Assembly: GCA_022605425.2 (NCBI GenBank)
Contig: CM061250.1
Span: 620,001 to 684,000 of the forward strand
Reading direction: 5' to 3'
Origin: Hamiltosporidium tvaerminnensis FI-OER-3-3
Taxonomy: Eukaryota > Fungi > Microsporidia
Length of the DNA stretch: 64,000 bases
In this document: positions 12,898 to 27,303 of the stretch, piece after piece
Layout of the letters: each line of letters starts with the position of its first letter
Position numbering within the stretch: position 1 is the stretch's first letter
Position numbers and translations under genes: made by a program
Notes under the pieces: model-generated
Seen by the model: the letters and a program-made list of their open reading frames with translations, nothing else
Database searches by the model: none
Told to the model about the DNA's origin: nothing

Positions 12898-13940
12898 GGA
12901 AATACGATTAAAAAACAAAAATTTGGATGCATTTATTTTGTATCGAAAAATATTAGTTTTGTAGAAAATATGTTAAAAAAATGTTTTAATGCTTTAAATA
13001 CAATTGAATATATTTTGATTTAAAATGCTTTCCAGACTTTTATATTTTTCTTCTACTTTTTGTACCATCGTCTTTTACTTTTCAGAATCCGAATTTTCAT
13101 CTATTTTTATTGGCAGTTCCTTTAATATGGTTCTTCTAATCTGAAATAAGGAGCTATTATTTTTTAAAAAAAATATTTAGCGGCATATTATTCTTTACTC
13201 GCTTGTTTTAAATGCTATGATGATTCCTCTTCCACCTAGTCTCCGATAACACCCATAACTGCTTTTTGTCGGCTATCCTCGGCATTTGGGCCCGACTCAA
13301 GTCTTCTTCGTCAATCATAGGCAATTTTTTCAACTATTTTCTTAAGTACAATCGACAGATTTTATCCCTCTATATTCAGCAATATTTGTCTTTTTACCAT
13401 ACGTCTTATGGAATTTTGTTACAATACCATCCGGGTTCATCACATACGGGATTATCTCCACATCACATTTCATTTATAAATAATACTAAACGTATGTTAA
13501 AACCTTATGTTTTCCGATTTTTTTAATTTACTCAATTTGAAGTTAAACTTGGGAAGTAATTCTACTTCAATTTTGGTTTCCTTTTTCTACTCTTATTCAA
13601 AATAAATATATCGGAACTATTATGCCGAATTTTGACATCAGTTTTTAGTCTGATGGCCACTCTTATCTCTGCATCTTCATTTTCAAAAATTTCTTGAACT
13701 GGTTTTCGCGCACTAACAAAGAAAAATCATGAGAAAAGAATGAATATTTTTAATCTAAAAATCACAAACTAAGATTTAAAAGACATATAAGCGTACGAAG
13801 TAATTAAATTCTGGTGCAATATTTAAAATTCAAAAAAAGAAACATGATATAAATTAAAGAAAAAAAAACCAAAAAATGAATTTTAATCATATCAAACTGG
13901 AGATTGAATATAAAAACCATTTTCGCATCAAAAGCAAACT

Positions 13941-14635
13941 TTAAGTCTTCTTTTTTACCTTATAACAAATATAAGCAATAAAATCAGCGGCTTTACCGGA
14001 TATTCCATTTTTAGGTGCTTCAAACTTAAATTTTTTAGCCGATGAAATACTTTTAGTACCCTTATCATCGCTCTTAGCATTAAATACTTTCACGACAGAA
14101 TCATCAACTATATCTAAAAATACATACCTGCTTTCGTCTTTTTTTGGGTTTTTTATAGTCTTATGTACAAACGAAGATAAAGCATATGTTGGTTTGATAG
14201 GATGGTAGCCTTTGAAACAGAAACCAAGTCTAAGTAAAAGCCCGAAATCACCAACTACCTTATCAAACTTGGAAAAATCAACATGGAAAGCTTCGATTAA
14301 GTCCTGATTTGAAGATAACTTATCTAATTCCCTTGTGTTTTCTTTTCTAATGCTTCTTTCAACATTTTCACGCTTAACTCTTTGTTTTCTTCTACAATTA
14401 ATGCAAAACAACTTCCTTCTTTAACAGAACCGAAATAACAAAACTTGTAAAGATTCACTAAAGATATGCGTTTTATATCATCATCTAAAGCCGAAAATTT
14501 TTTATAGTCGTCTTCGAAGCTCTTAATGACATTACCAGCTTTAATGTATCCCACAACACACATTATGCCAAATATAGCCAATATTGAACCAACAACTCCC
14601 AATGCAATGCGTATTTTGTTTCTTTTACTCACCAT
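13941..14635 (-). pseudogene. MVSKRN family, variant 2, with 1-nt frameshift
   Basis: Nearly identical to 24951-25646 but one T shorter in the homopolymer near 14340. Could be a sequencing error. Confidence 0.7.
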
Positions 14636-16311
14636 AGGGATAACATTTTTTCACGTAATAAAATAAAAAAAAATGATCAAATATTCCAAAACCGGATAAT
14701 TTATTCCCCAATAAAAAATTGGAAAAAATTTATGAATCACAAATCAAATTTTTTCTTAAGCGTTTTCGATTGTTCATTTCTATAAATTAAAGTGATTTGA
14801 TACCATATAAATTGCACTCCCAATTGAAAAATATTTTTTTATTATCAATTTGATAAATAAATTTCTTATCTTTTGCTGATAATCAATGATTCTAAAAAAA
14901 ATAGAAAATAAAAAATAACTCCTTGTTAGGGATAAAAAATATCGGAAATTTATTTAAAAAATGGTTTATGATTTAATACTTTTTGAAAAAATCTCAAATT
15001 AATATAGACAAGACCGGAAATTGAAACAAGATTGTAGTATACAACGAAATGTAAAAAAAAGCCAAATCATACGAAAGTACATACAAATAGAAGCAACAAA
15101 ATGAACTAGAAATAGTTAGTAAAAAAAATAAAATTTATATTTTTACATTTTTATATTTCTAATCCTTATATATTCAATGAATATCCGATCTTTTTAAAGA
15201 TTTCATTTGCTTTATATTATTTTATGAAATTAACATGATTATAGGACGTCATAGATAATTTTTCTTCGAAACTCCATAAGTATTCTATACGAGATCTAAA
15301 CCCAAAGCTTTTTTTATCTATTATATATATAAATTTCATTGAATAAGCGAACAGTCGCACAAGATGTTAATATTCGTTTGCTGGTGTTGATCACAGATTG
15401 AAACCTACATTAGGAATTCTTAAACTAGCAGCAATCATGGCTACTCTACGTTTTTTGAACCGAATAGACCATTCAGCTAAAATATATTTCGGCTATTTAT
15501 AAGAAATTCACATATAAGTTACAAACCATATAAACATATATAGCCAGCCACTTGAAGTTCTTAGCTTTTAAAGGGTTATTTTTTTTTCTAAATCTCTTAG
15601 GCGCAAAGTCTCAAAACTTGAATTAGCAAGACTTATTTCATTGCTTTACGTTGTAATCACTTCAAATTCAGCTTTAGTCAAAGCTCTAGTTTGAATGAAA
15701 AAATTACAAACTTATTTGTAGAAAGAGTTTTTCTATTTCGGAGACCTTTTCCACCTTATCGCTTCTCTATCGAAAAACCAAAAATTTAATGTGATTTTCA
15801 TCTTATCAAAAATCTAAAAAATATTTCATTATTTCGCTGTCAAGTAGAATATTTTTTTTGTGGTTATTCTTGCTTCACCTTTCAGCCGGCAAATGAATTT
15901 ATTTTAAACCAGGACATGTATCAAAGAATTAATTTGCATTTTTAATACTTTTTTCAGCCAAAAATAAAATCTCAAGTCAAGTGTAATTTTATTTAATTCA
16001 TGAAGGAGTAGTATTTGATTCATTCGAATATTTCTAAATTAGAAACAACAAATATTTTTCTATTCAAATAAGTCAAAAATGAAATAAAAATTTTAATAGA
16101 TATTTAGTTTAAAAACCGGTTTTTTTTCTTTTGCATTGGAAAATTTACATTTTTATAAAAAAAACTCTTAAAAGTAAAAACATTACAGAACCGATTTTCT
16201 TTTGTAAACAAAATTAAAAATTTTTCAATGTAAATTTAAGTTTCAAAAATATTTCAATGCAGTTTTTTTCTTCGTAAAAAATTAATAATTTCCTTTAAAA
16301 TAAAACCCTGT

Positions 16312-17003
16312 ATGGAACAACAATTCATACTTCGTGTAAATGAAGAATTGAAAGAAATATTACAAACAAATACAAAAAATATTGAATTGGAAGTTATTGG
16401 GGAAGATATATTATTCCGAGACACAACTTAATAGAATATACCGGATATATTTCCAAATTACCATGTATAATTGAATCTCATAAAACTATGGACAATCAAC
16501 AATTTTATAAAATAAGTGATATATCACATATTGTGGTTATAGACAATAAGAGTAAAGGAGAACATGGCATTACGCCACCGATGTACAATGCCAAGCATAG
16601 ATTTAGAAAACGTGTTGTAAAAACACAAATGGTAGAGGAAATAGAAAACAGAGTCAAGGAATTGCTTGAGAGAGATAAGAATTGTGTCGGTGTCGAGTTA
16701 ATATTTGGAGAAGGCGAGCAAAAAGAAGAAAGTGAAGATGTCTCATCATTAGCAGCCGAACTTGAATATAATCTTATTGCATCTGAAAAAAATATTGTTA
16801 CTGAAGAGAGCGATGAGATAAAACAAAAGAAAGAATTGTTGAAGGAATTGGAGGAAAAAATAAAAACCAAAGAAGAACTTCTTAATACGGCTAGTAATAT
16901 TATTCTTAAGAAAAGGTTTCAAGAATCCATTTTTGCTTTGAAAGAAGAATATAATAAAGGTATCGGGGAGATCAAAAATTTAGAAAATAATGAAAAAGAT
17001 TAA
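16312..17003 (+). pseudogene. TAF7: TAF7 homologue, frameshifted (copy 2)
   Basis: Same early frameshift as copy 1. Confidence 0.85.
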
Positions 17004-19163
17004 AATTTGTATTTTTTTGGATTTGATATTAAGACCATATTTTAAATATATTTGTGCATAGGTTTCGCTAGAAATTTCTTTCTTTTTCTATAAATTTTGT
17101 AATTTAAAAATATAATTTGTATTTTTATAAATAAAGTTAAAAGGTTAATAGGTTTTTTTATAATTTTATATTGACATAAATATAAATTTAGAAAATAAAG
17201 ATTGCATATTAATACTTTTTCAGGTAAATATTTCTCATTTGTTCTGTTATATATTTCAAATGTTTCAGAATTTATATGCTGGTAGGTGATATTACTATAT
17301 GATTTGCTTAAAATCCATTGCCTGGAATCTTTTCTTTGCTGAATTCTCTAGATTAGATATCTATATACAGTTTAAAATTGGTTTAATATGTTTCTTTATA
17401 ATTTAGACACAATATCTTGAATTTACCTTACATTCACTGTATGTACCTTACGTTTAATGAAAGTATGAATTATTTAAACATTCAATGTTCTAGTATGATA
17501 TAAATGCGTACTCAGATCATTCACTTAGTCTCTAGGTCTCTTTCCTGGTACTCTGCAAATCAAAAAAAACGACTTAAATTTTTTAAATACTTAGGGGGAA
17601 TATGTTTACGACTTATTGAAATTTTCGCCCTTTAAGATACATATAGATTATATTTCTACACAATACAATTCTATATTATTAATATAGGATTAGCGTAATA
17701 CTAAATCTATTAATATAACTTGACTCATAAGCAGACCAATCTTACATTATTTTTTGTTTATTATGATTTAAAAGAAATTCAAGCCTTATAACTCCTATTA
17801 AAATGAAAGTAAAAAATTTAATTTTTAAAAAGACACCATAACTAATAAAATGTCTCAAATTCATTCATCCTTGGCACTACAGCTCTGAACGAGCCTTGGC
17901 CTCCTTTAGTAATTTCTCAAATTAGTATTTTTGTTATCTAGATGCCTCTCTAGTTTTCATTAATATTTACAAGAATATTTTGAAAATTTTATTTTCCAAT
18001 TTTTTCGAAGACTTAAATCTATACTAATTAAAAAAAATTTAATACAGATAGAATATCGTTATATTTTTGTCGTGTATAATTGTATCAATGAATCTTTTAC
18101 GTTTATATGTTTAATGATATACAAGCATGCTAAAAAGTTATGGTTTAGTAAAATTTTCATTTGCACAATTAAATACATATTTTATCTGAATATATACAGA
18201 AGATAATCCTTGTATTAGCATCATTATTCCAATATTAAGTTATGAGTATTACTAATACAAATCGCGCATAAAATCTCTAAAAACACCATTACCTCCTTGA
18301 ATATTTTTCGAATTTCTTCTCTAGCTCACCTTCTTTTTTCACAGCTTTCCATTAAGAATCCGCGTATCATTTTCTACTGCATCAATTTTCTTTTCCGTAG
18401 TCTAACTTTTTTATTTTTGCTATTGAGTTTATACAAATAGGCTTGGTTTGTCTTTCGATCAGGGGGTATTCGTATTACATGCTCTAGCCATCTTAATTTT
18501 TCTCTTTTTATTTCTGTTACCAAATTGATTTAAGATAGAGATCATAGATTTCTTGGTCTGTTTGCATTTTTATCTTATTGTTTATGGGTTTCGGGCATGA
18601 ATTAAAGAAGCATCCTTCTTTCCCACGTGGCTAAAAGTATTTCATTCTTTTTATCATGGCCTAAGTATCAGATTCATACATTACAGCAGTTCGTATGATA
18701 GTTCTAGATATATTCTTTTTTAAATTCGTCTTATATATCTTGATTTAATCAAATTTTGCATCGTAAATTAGACTATTTCCTGCTTTAATCCGTTCTTTAA
18801 TTTTCCTCATTGCTTTTGTTGTTTTCATTTATGAAAGTTTCTGAGAAATTTAAAGCTCAATAGATTTTCGAACTTTATTGAGTCAATTTCCGGAGTATTT
18901 TTCAAGTTCCCTGCGAAAAGGCTATTTCCATATACTTAGTTTTGCTTTAATTAATCTTTTTGCGGTCCATAATGCCCCTCATGTCCTTAGTGCCCCGTTA
19001 TTTCTAGAACATCCCCCCTTTATTTTCAATATATTATAACCCTCATATTTCTATTCATTCATCTTTAACACCCCATATTAAAATATGAAGTATTTTGTTT
19101 CTTAATACATTAGGGGTCAAATGAAAATAAATGTTTATATACTTTTAATTTTATTTTTCCCTC

Positions 19164-22100
19164 CAATGGGTAGAAAGAAAAATGTTAGCAGCGAAATATC
19201 AAAAAATATTAAAATAAAGGCTGCAAACGACGCTGATGAGGCGAAGAAAAGTGATAGTGGCAAACAAAAATGTGAGCTATACCCACTGGCGATTTCCCTA
19301 CCTTCCTCCTCCTACACAACAATAACACATTCACCACCAAGCCAAACACGCAGTAAAATGCAAAATAGTGGGCTTGACACCTTACCTTCGCCTAATGCAC
19401 CAGTTCCCTCTTCGGTTGAAGTCTCTGCGTGCGAGCCATCGTACTACATGACAAACCCCTGTGCTCTAGCTATTCCGGAAGGTAACAGGCTAATGGCATT
19501 GCAGACGATATTCGATTCTGTAACAGCCGACTCGAATGAATGGCCTCGAATTGTTTTTTTGCAGTACAGACAAGGTTTGAAAGAATGCCAAGAAATGGCT
19601 GGACAGAGCTTCACGGGTACTATAATGAGAAATTCGGCTGCAATGAAACTCTCGAAGTGTTAAAAAAATTTGCACAAAGTGAGATGGGAAAGGAAGTAAA
19701 ATCAGAAGATAATGGAGAGCGACGTAGAATCGCCAGTTTTCTCGCTGATACAGGCACCCTGACCGACACCACTGAATACATAAACCTGAGAGAAAAATTT
19801 TTGAGTAAAATCAAAGAAATCTCGAAGAAGGAAATTGGAAAAGTGGTGGTACGAACTCGAAAGCTTCCAATTGAATTGGTTCACGGTAAATTTTTGAACC
19901 TGATTAATCGAATTATCGGTGAGCATGCTGATTCTTATATGCCGATGACAATAACTGCCGTGGCACGGATAATCCAGGGAGCCAGGTATACTATGACGAG
20001 GCAACACGTAAAGAGAAGCCTAGATCCGCTCGGAAGGAAAACATAGAAAGTAAAATTTCTAAGCTAGTACTTTCCAAAGATCTTCTTAAGAAGGCTCGCA
20101 AGCAGGAAAAGCTCATCACTTCGGAAACGAAGAGCCTTAAGAAAATCATGCGAGAGTTTAATTTAAACTTGAGCAGCGTAACTGATCTTTCTGAGGCTTT
20201 AGTTAAGAAGAATGAGTCTTTGAATGTGTACGAGAAAAAAATTACGATGCATGAAAGTAGGAAGCAATTCCGAAAATAGAATCGTATGTTTGAACTTTTC
20301 CGAGGTCGATTTTATCGTGGGTTATCCGAGCGTGTGGAATCCGAGCATGTGGTTAGCCGTGATGAAATTGTGAGTTTTTGGTCTACAATGTGGAACAAAA
20401 ATGATGACGCAGTCACGTATGATGATTATTTACTTCCATTTGTATCAGATAATCATCCGACCACGTTTCCTTCACTTGATGAATTTGTAAATATCATTAA
20501 TTGGCTTCCCAATTGGAAAGCTGCTGGAATTGATGGTATTTACAATTTTTTTTATTAAGAAACTTACAACTCTTCACAAATATCTTTATGATATTGTGAA
20601 AGTTATATGTTTAAAAGGAACACCTCAAGCTGATTAATTTTACTGCGGGCTTACCTATTTGATACCCAAAGGAATTCCACGAAGAGGCTCTGACTACAGG
20701 CCAATCACTTGTATGTCCAACCTCTATAAGTAAACGAACAAAGTGTGTAACGAAGGTCGTTCAACTTGAAGTGGAAAGGCGAGAGTCTTGCAGAGAACCA
20801 ATTAGGGGCGGTAAGAGGTGTGCAGGGAGCGAAAGAGCAGGCTCTACTGAATATTGCCCTAAATAAAGAGTATGGAAATAATCTTAAGGCAACATGGATT
20901 GATGTTAAAAAAGCTTATGATTCAATAGATCATGCTTATTTAACTCAATGCATTGAAAACCTTAATTTACCTGATTGGATCCTGAAATTTATTAAGCTAA
21001 TTATATCAAAATGGAAAATTGATATATCAGTAGGGCCTGAAAAAATCATGAGCAAGAAGATTGATAGAGGGATTCTACAAGGAGATAGTTTGTCACCATT
21101 GTTATTTGTGTTGTGTATGGATCCACTAAGCCGAAAGCTTAATGAAAAATACACAAAAGTGACCGTACAAACAGATGCAGAATCCCATTCTACTAATCAT
21201 CTCTTGTTTATTGATGATCTTAAGCTCCTTGCAAAAGACAGCTCCACATTGAGTGCTATGACAGGCGAGGCAAAGGAATTTTTAGAGGTGATTGGCTTAG
21301 AGATTAACAAAGAGAAGTCAGCCACAAATGATACGTGTTGTGAAGATACTGCTACTCTTCTAGAAGGTGTTAGTGTTTAATAATATTTAGGAATAATAGA
21401 AGATAGCAGAGGAATCCCAACACGTAGCTCATTTGAAGAAGTACGGAGCAAACTTACATCAAGAGTTGAAAGACTTTGTCACACAAGATTAAATGCAAAA
21501 AATTTATTTTCTGCAATCAATCAACATGCGATATCGTTAATACACTATCACATAGGAGTTCTTCGACTTGAACCGGCTGACTTCTCTAAGTTAGATGATG
21601 CAGTGCGTGTAGTGTTGGTGAAGAATAAGATACATCTCCGCCCATGATGTAAAGAGCGGTTTTATATTCCTAGAACAGAACTTGGAAGAGGCCTACATAG
21701 TGTTGAGTTGCGAAGCGAACATATGCTTCTGCAACTCTTGGATTGTCTGGAAAAAAGTAAAGAAATATCAACTAGACGAGCAGCAATCCTCAAGGTGGAG
21801 AATAATAATAAAACCCATCTTGCACTAATAAAAGGCCTCTTAAAAGTAAAGTACAATTTGGTAGAAGAAGTCACTAAGAAAAGTTTAGAAGAAGCTCAAC
21901 TTGCAAAACTATATAACGAAATAGAAAAACGAAAACTCTATTCAAAGTTATATAATGCAAGGAAAATGAGCTTGTGAGTGTTAGTGACTCTTCAAGATGG
22001 CTAAAGAGAGGAAATATTCGGCCACGAAATGAAGCTGTGTTCTGCTATATCCAGGATAGAAATGTATTCTGGGGAGCAGATGGTGTGTGTTAACATTGCG

Positions 22101-22953
22101 GGAAGTCTGGTAAGACTGTAGATCATCTAGCAACTAGATGTGAAAAAATGCTAGGCCATGATTACACTAGACGGCATAATGAAGTGGTTAGATTCCTACT
22201 TTTACTTCTCTTAAATAGATATAAGTTTAAGTCTTCAAAACGAATTAGGAGTCACTCAGTTCAAGAAATTCTTGATAATGAGTATGCAGAGATAAGAGTG
22301 GACACCAGAATTAAAACTGATGTTAAAATTCGGAATAACAGACCGGACATATTTATTTTAGATAAGAAGAAGAATAAGATAACACTCATTGAAGTAGGAA
22401 TCACTTCCCAAGATTCACTTCAAATAGTTGAAACTGAAAAACTTAGGAAGTATGACCTGCTAGCCAATGATTTGGGACTTATTTATAGGTGTAGTGTTGA
22501 GATAATCCCTTATGAGATGACCTGGGACGGTATTGTGACAAAATACCATAAATCTCATCTTAAAAGACTAGAAATACCCATGAATGTAGAGGCATACATT
22601 CAGTCTATAGTACTTAAGAAGACAGTAGAAACATTTTCCTTTGATCGACGAAGAGGACTTGAGTCAGGACTAAATGCCGGAGAGAGCGTCAATGGGTGTT
22701 ATTATGAGATCAGAGATGCATGAGGAACCAATACCCCCTTTAAAAGAATCGAAAACAGAGGAAGATGGTGAAAAAAATTTTAAACCAAAATATAAAGCCC
22801 CCCTTATTTTACAAGGAGGAACCACTTTGGAGGAATCGACCAATAACATAAATGAAGAGTCGGATTTGGAAGAAGAGACAATAGTGGTTAAAGAGGTAGA
22901 AAAAAACATATAAAAATGTTAAAAATATTTTAACCCAGAATTTTATTAAATAA
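19164..22953 (+). mobile_element. R4-type RLE retrotransposon, copy B (full length, many stops)
   Basis: Same domains in ORFs 19121-22913. Starts at the same target motif in the opposite orientation. Confidence 0.92.
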
Positions 22954-22959
22954 TAATTA

Positions 22960-23837
22960 ATTTATTTGCAAAAAATTGAAAAAATGTTTGATCAAATATT
23001 CTAATGTATGGATCCAATGTTTTTAGATTATCCATGACATTTTTTTAATATTGGAAGATCTTCAATGAGAACGGTATCAATGTTTTCAGGATCTAGGGGG
23101 ACGCATACTTTGGTTGTAGAAGAATGAACACAAAAATGGGATTTGAGTAGGTGTATAATTACCAATATAACATTTTTATAAAGTTTTATAGATAAATGTT
23201 CAAAATCTCTTCGACTGTGGCAGTTGCAGCTGTAATATTTAGATCTTGTTTGTTAAAATATGAAATATTTTCTAAGAAAATATTACAATATTCCGTTGGA
23301 AATATCCTTTTTTTTGAAACCGAATCAAAAAATTTTGTCACACTTTGACGTTGAGAATTATTTAACGAACGAGCATTGTCATCCGATACCCAACAATGTG
23401 TACCATGTCCTCCTGAAAATACAAAAAGTACTTTTAAATCCAAATTCTTCTTAAAAAGAATATTTTAGCAATTTTATAGCAGATTTTACCAACACAAAAC
23501 ATGTTTCACAAGTATTTCTTCCCGTACAACATATTCCTTTTTAATCTGTCAAATCAATATTGAAGACAAGTTCTTTTATAACTGGAATACATTCAGTTCC
23601 TTTTCTTTGTCTATTAGCATATACAGCTCCAAAATCTATTTTGACAGGAACGATTGATAAAATCTTTGTCTGTAATTCTTCTTTTGATTTGAAATTTAAA
23701 TACCGTAAATACATGCCGTTTTGTAATGTGAAAGATATTTCTCGTTTCTCGTCAATTTTTAACCATCGAAATATTCTTTCCAATGGAAATATATTTTCAT
23801 AAAAATATGGTAACATCGAATAGGCTTGATCGTCCAT
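22960..23837 (-). pseudogene. PRI1: DNA primase small subunit pseudogene (copy 2)
   Basis: Paralogue of 190-1060 with the same stop after DLTD. ORFs 23541-23837 and 23186-23443. Confidence 0.85.
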
Positions 23838-24950
23838 AAAAAGAGGGGAGGTTTTTCATGTATAAATTTTTAGATAATTTGTATTGTCAGTTAGTGAAGA
23901 TTTATATTCTTTTTTTAATGAAAAACATATTTTCTAAAAAATAAAAATTTAGGTGCATTTATTTGCTATCGAAAAATATTAGTTTTGTAAAAATATGTTA
24001 AAAAAATGTTTTAATGCTTTAAATACAATATAATATATTTTGATTTCAAATGCTTTGCAGATTTTATATATTTTCTTCTACTTTTTGTACCATCGTCTTT
24101 TACTTTTCAGAATCGAATTTTCTTTATTTTTATTGGCAGTTCCTTTTATATGGTTCTTCTACATCTAAAATAAGGAGCTATTATTTTTTAAAAAAATATT
24201 TAACGGCATATTATTCTTTACTCGCTTGTTTTAAAGGCTATGATGATTCCTCATCCACCTAGTCTTCGATAACACCCATAACTGCTCTTTTCCGGCATTT
24301 AGGCCCGAATCAATTTTTCGTCATTGATCAAAAGAGATCTCCAAACTGTTTTCTAAGTACAATCGACAGATTTTATGCCTCTATATTCAGCAATATTTGT
24401 CTTTTTACCATACGTCTATGGAATTTTGTTACAATACCGTCCGGGTTCATCACATACGGGATTATCTCCACATCACATTTCATTTATTAATAATACTAAA
24501 CGTATGTTAAAACCTTTGTTTCCCAATTTTTTTAGTTTACTCAATTTGAAGCGAAACTTGGGAAGCAATTCTACTTCAATTTTGGTTTCCTTTTTCTACT
24601 CTTATTCAAAATAAATATAACGGAAGTATTATGCCGAATGTTGACATCAGTTTTTAGTCTGATGGCCACTCTTATCTCTGCATCTTCATTTTCAAAAATT
24701 TCCTGAACTGGTTTTCACGCACTAACAAAGAAAAATCATGAGAAAAAAAATGAACATTTTTAGTCTAAAAATCACAAACTAAGATTTAAAAGACATATAA
24801 GCGTACGAAGTAAATAAATTCTGGTGCAATATTTGAAATTCAAAAAAAGAAATATGATATAAAGTAAAGAAAAAAAACCCAAAAATGAATTTTTATCATA
24901 TCAATCTGAAGATTGAATATAAAAACCATTTTCGCATCATAAATAAGACT

Positions 24951-25646
24951 TTAATCTTTCTTTTCTACTTTATGACAAATATAAGCAATAAAATCAGCGG
25001 GTTTACCGGATATTCCATTTTTAGGTGCTTCAAACTTAAATTTTTTAGCCGATGAAATACTTTTAGTACCCTTATCATCGCTCTTAGCATTAAATACTTT
25101 CACGACAGAATCATCAACTATATCTAAAAATACATACCTGCTTTCGTCTTTTTTTGGGTTTTTTATAGTCTTATGTACAAACGAAGATAAAGCATATGTT
25201 GGTTTGATAGGATGGTAGCCTTTGAAACAGAAACCAAGTCTAAGTAAAAGCCCGAAATCACCAACTACCTTATCAAACTTGGAAAAATCAACATGGAAAG
25301 CTTCGATTAAGTCCTGATTTGAAGATAACTTATCTAATTCCCTTGTGTTTTTCTTTTCTAATGCTTCTTTCAACATTTTCACGCTTAACTCTTTGTTTTC
25401 TTCTACAATTAATGCAAAACAACTTCCTTCTTTAACAGAACCGAAATAACAAAACTTGTAAAGATTCACTAAAGATATGCGTTTTATATCATCATCTAAA
25501 GCCGAAAATTTTTTATAGTCGTCTTCGAAGCTCTTAATGACATTACCAGCTTTAATGTATCCCACAACACACATTATGCCAAATATAGCCAATATTGAAC
25601 CAACAACTCCCAATGCAATGCGTATTTTGTTTCTTTTACTCACCAT
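24951..25646 (-). CDS. MVSKRN family, variant 2 (231 aa)
   Basis: Intact ORF with CCC motif just upstream of the ATG (gttatccctATG). Confidence 0.85.
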   Translation of the reverse strand: MVSKRNKIRIALGVVGSILAIFGIMCVVGYIKAGNVIKSFEDDYKKFSALDDDIKRISLVNLYKFCYFGSVKEGSCFALIVEENKELSVKMLKEALEKKNTRELDKLSSNQDLIEAFHVDFSKFDKVVGDFGLLLRLGFCFKGYHPIKPTYALSSFVHKTIKNPKKDESRYVFLDIVDDSVVKVFNAKSDDKGTKSISSAKKFKFEAPKNGISGKPADFIAYICHKVEKKD

Positions 25647-27303
25647 AGGGATAACATTTTTTCACGTAATAAAATAAAAAAAAATGATCAAATATTCCAA
25701 AACCGGATAATTTATTCCCCAATAAAAAATTGGAAAAAATTTATGAATCACAAATCAAATTTTTTCTTAAGCGTTTTCGATTGTTCATTTCTATAAATTA
25801 AAGTGATTTGATACCATATAAATTGCACTCCCAATTGAAAAATATTTTTTTATTATCAATTTGATAAATAAATTTCTTATCTTTTGCTGATAATCAATGA
25901 TTCTGAAAAAAATAGAAAATAAAAAATAACTCCTTGTTAGGGATAAAAAATATTAGAAAATTTATTTAAAAAATGGTTTATGATTTAATACTTTTTGAAA
26001 AAATCTCAAATTAATATAGACAAGACCGGAAATTGAAACAAGATTGTAGTATACAACGAAATGTAAAAAAAAGCCAAATCATACGAAAGTACATACAAAT
26101 AGAAGCAACAAAATGAACTAGAAATAGTTAGTAAAAAAAATAAAATTTATATTTTTACATTTTTATATATTCTTCATTTTTATTCAATGAATATCCGATC
26201 TTTTTAAAGAATTTATTTGTTTATGACATTAACATGGTTATAGGACGTCATATATAGTTTTTCTTAGAAACTCCATAAGTATTCTATACGAGATCTAAAC
26301 CCAAAGCCTTTTTTATCTAAAATATATATAAATTTCATTGAATAAGCGAACAGTCGCACACGATGTTAATATTCGTTTACTGGTGCTGATCACAGATTAA
26401 TACCTACATTAGGAATATCTTAAACTAGCAGCAATCATGGCTACTCTACGTTTTTCGAATCGCATAGACATTCAGCTAAAATATATTTCGACTATTTATA
26501 AGAAATTCACCTAAAAGTTACAAACCATATAAACATATATAGCCAGCAGCTTAAAGTTCTTAGCTTTTAAAGGGATATTTTTTTTTCTAAATCTCTTAGG
26601 CGCAAAGTCTCAAAACTTGAATTAGCAAGATTTATTTCATTGCTTTACGTTGTAATCACTTCAAATTCAGCTTTAGTCAAAGCTCTAGTTTGAATGAAAA
26701 AATTACAAACTTTTTTGTAAAAAGAGTTTCTCTATTTCGGAGACCTTTTCCACCTTATCGCTTCTCTATCGAAAAACCAAAAATTTAATGTGATTTTCAT
26801 CTTATCAAAAATCTAAAAAATATTTAATTATTTCGCTTTCAAGTAGATAATTTTTCTTGTGATTATTCTTGCTCCACCATTCAGCCGGCAAATGAATTTA
26901 TTTTAAACCAGGACATGTATCAAAGAATTAATTTGTATTTTTAATACTTTTTTCAGCCATAAATAAAATCTCAAGTCAAGTGTAATTTTATTTAATTCAT
27001 GAAGGAGTATTTGATTCATTTGAATATTTCTAAATTAGAAACAACAAATATTTTTCTATTCAAATAAGTCAAAAATGAAATAAAAATTTTAATAGATATT
27101 TAGTTTAAAAACTGGTTTTTTTTGCATTGGAAAATTTACATTTTTATAAAAAAAAAATCGTAAAAATAAAAACATTACAGAACCGATTTTCTTTTGTAAA
27201 CAAAATTAAAAATTTTTCAATGTAAATTTAAGTTTCAAAAATATTTCAATGCAGTTTTTTTCTTCGTAAAAAATTAATAATTTCCTTTAAAATAAAACCC
27301 TGT

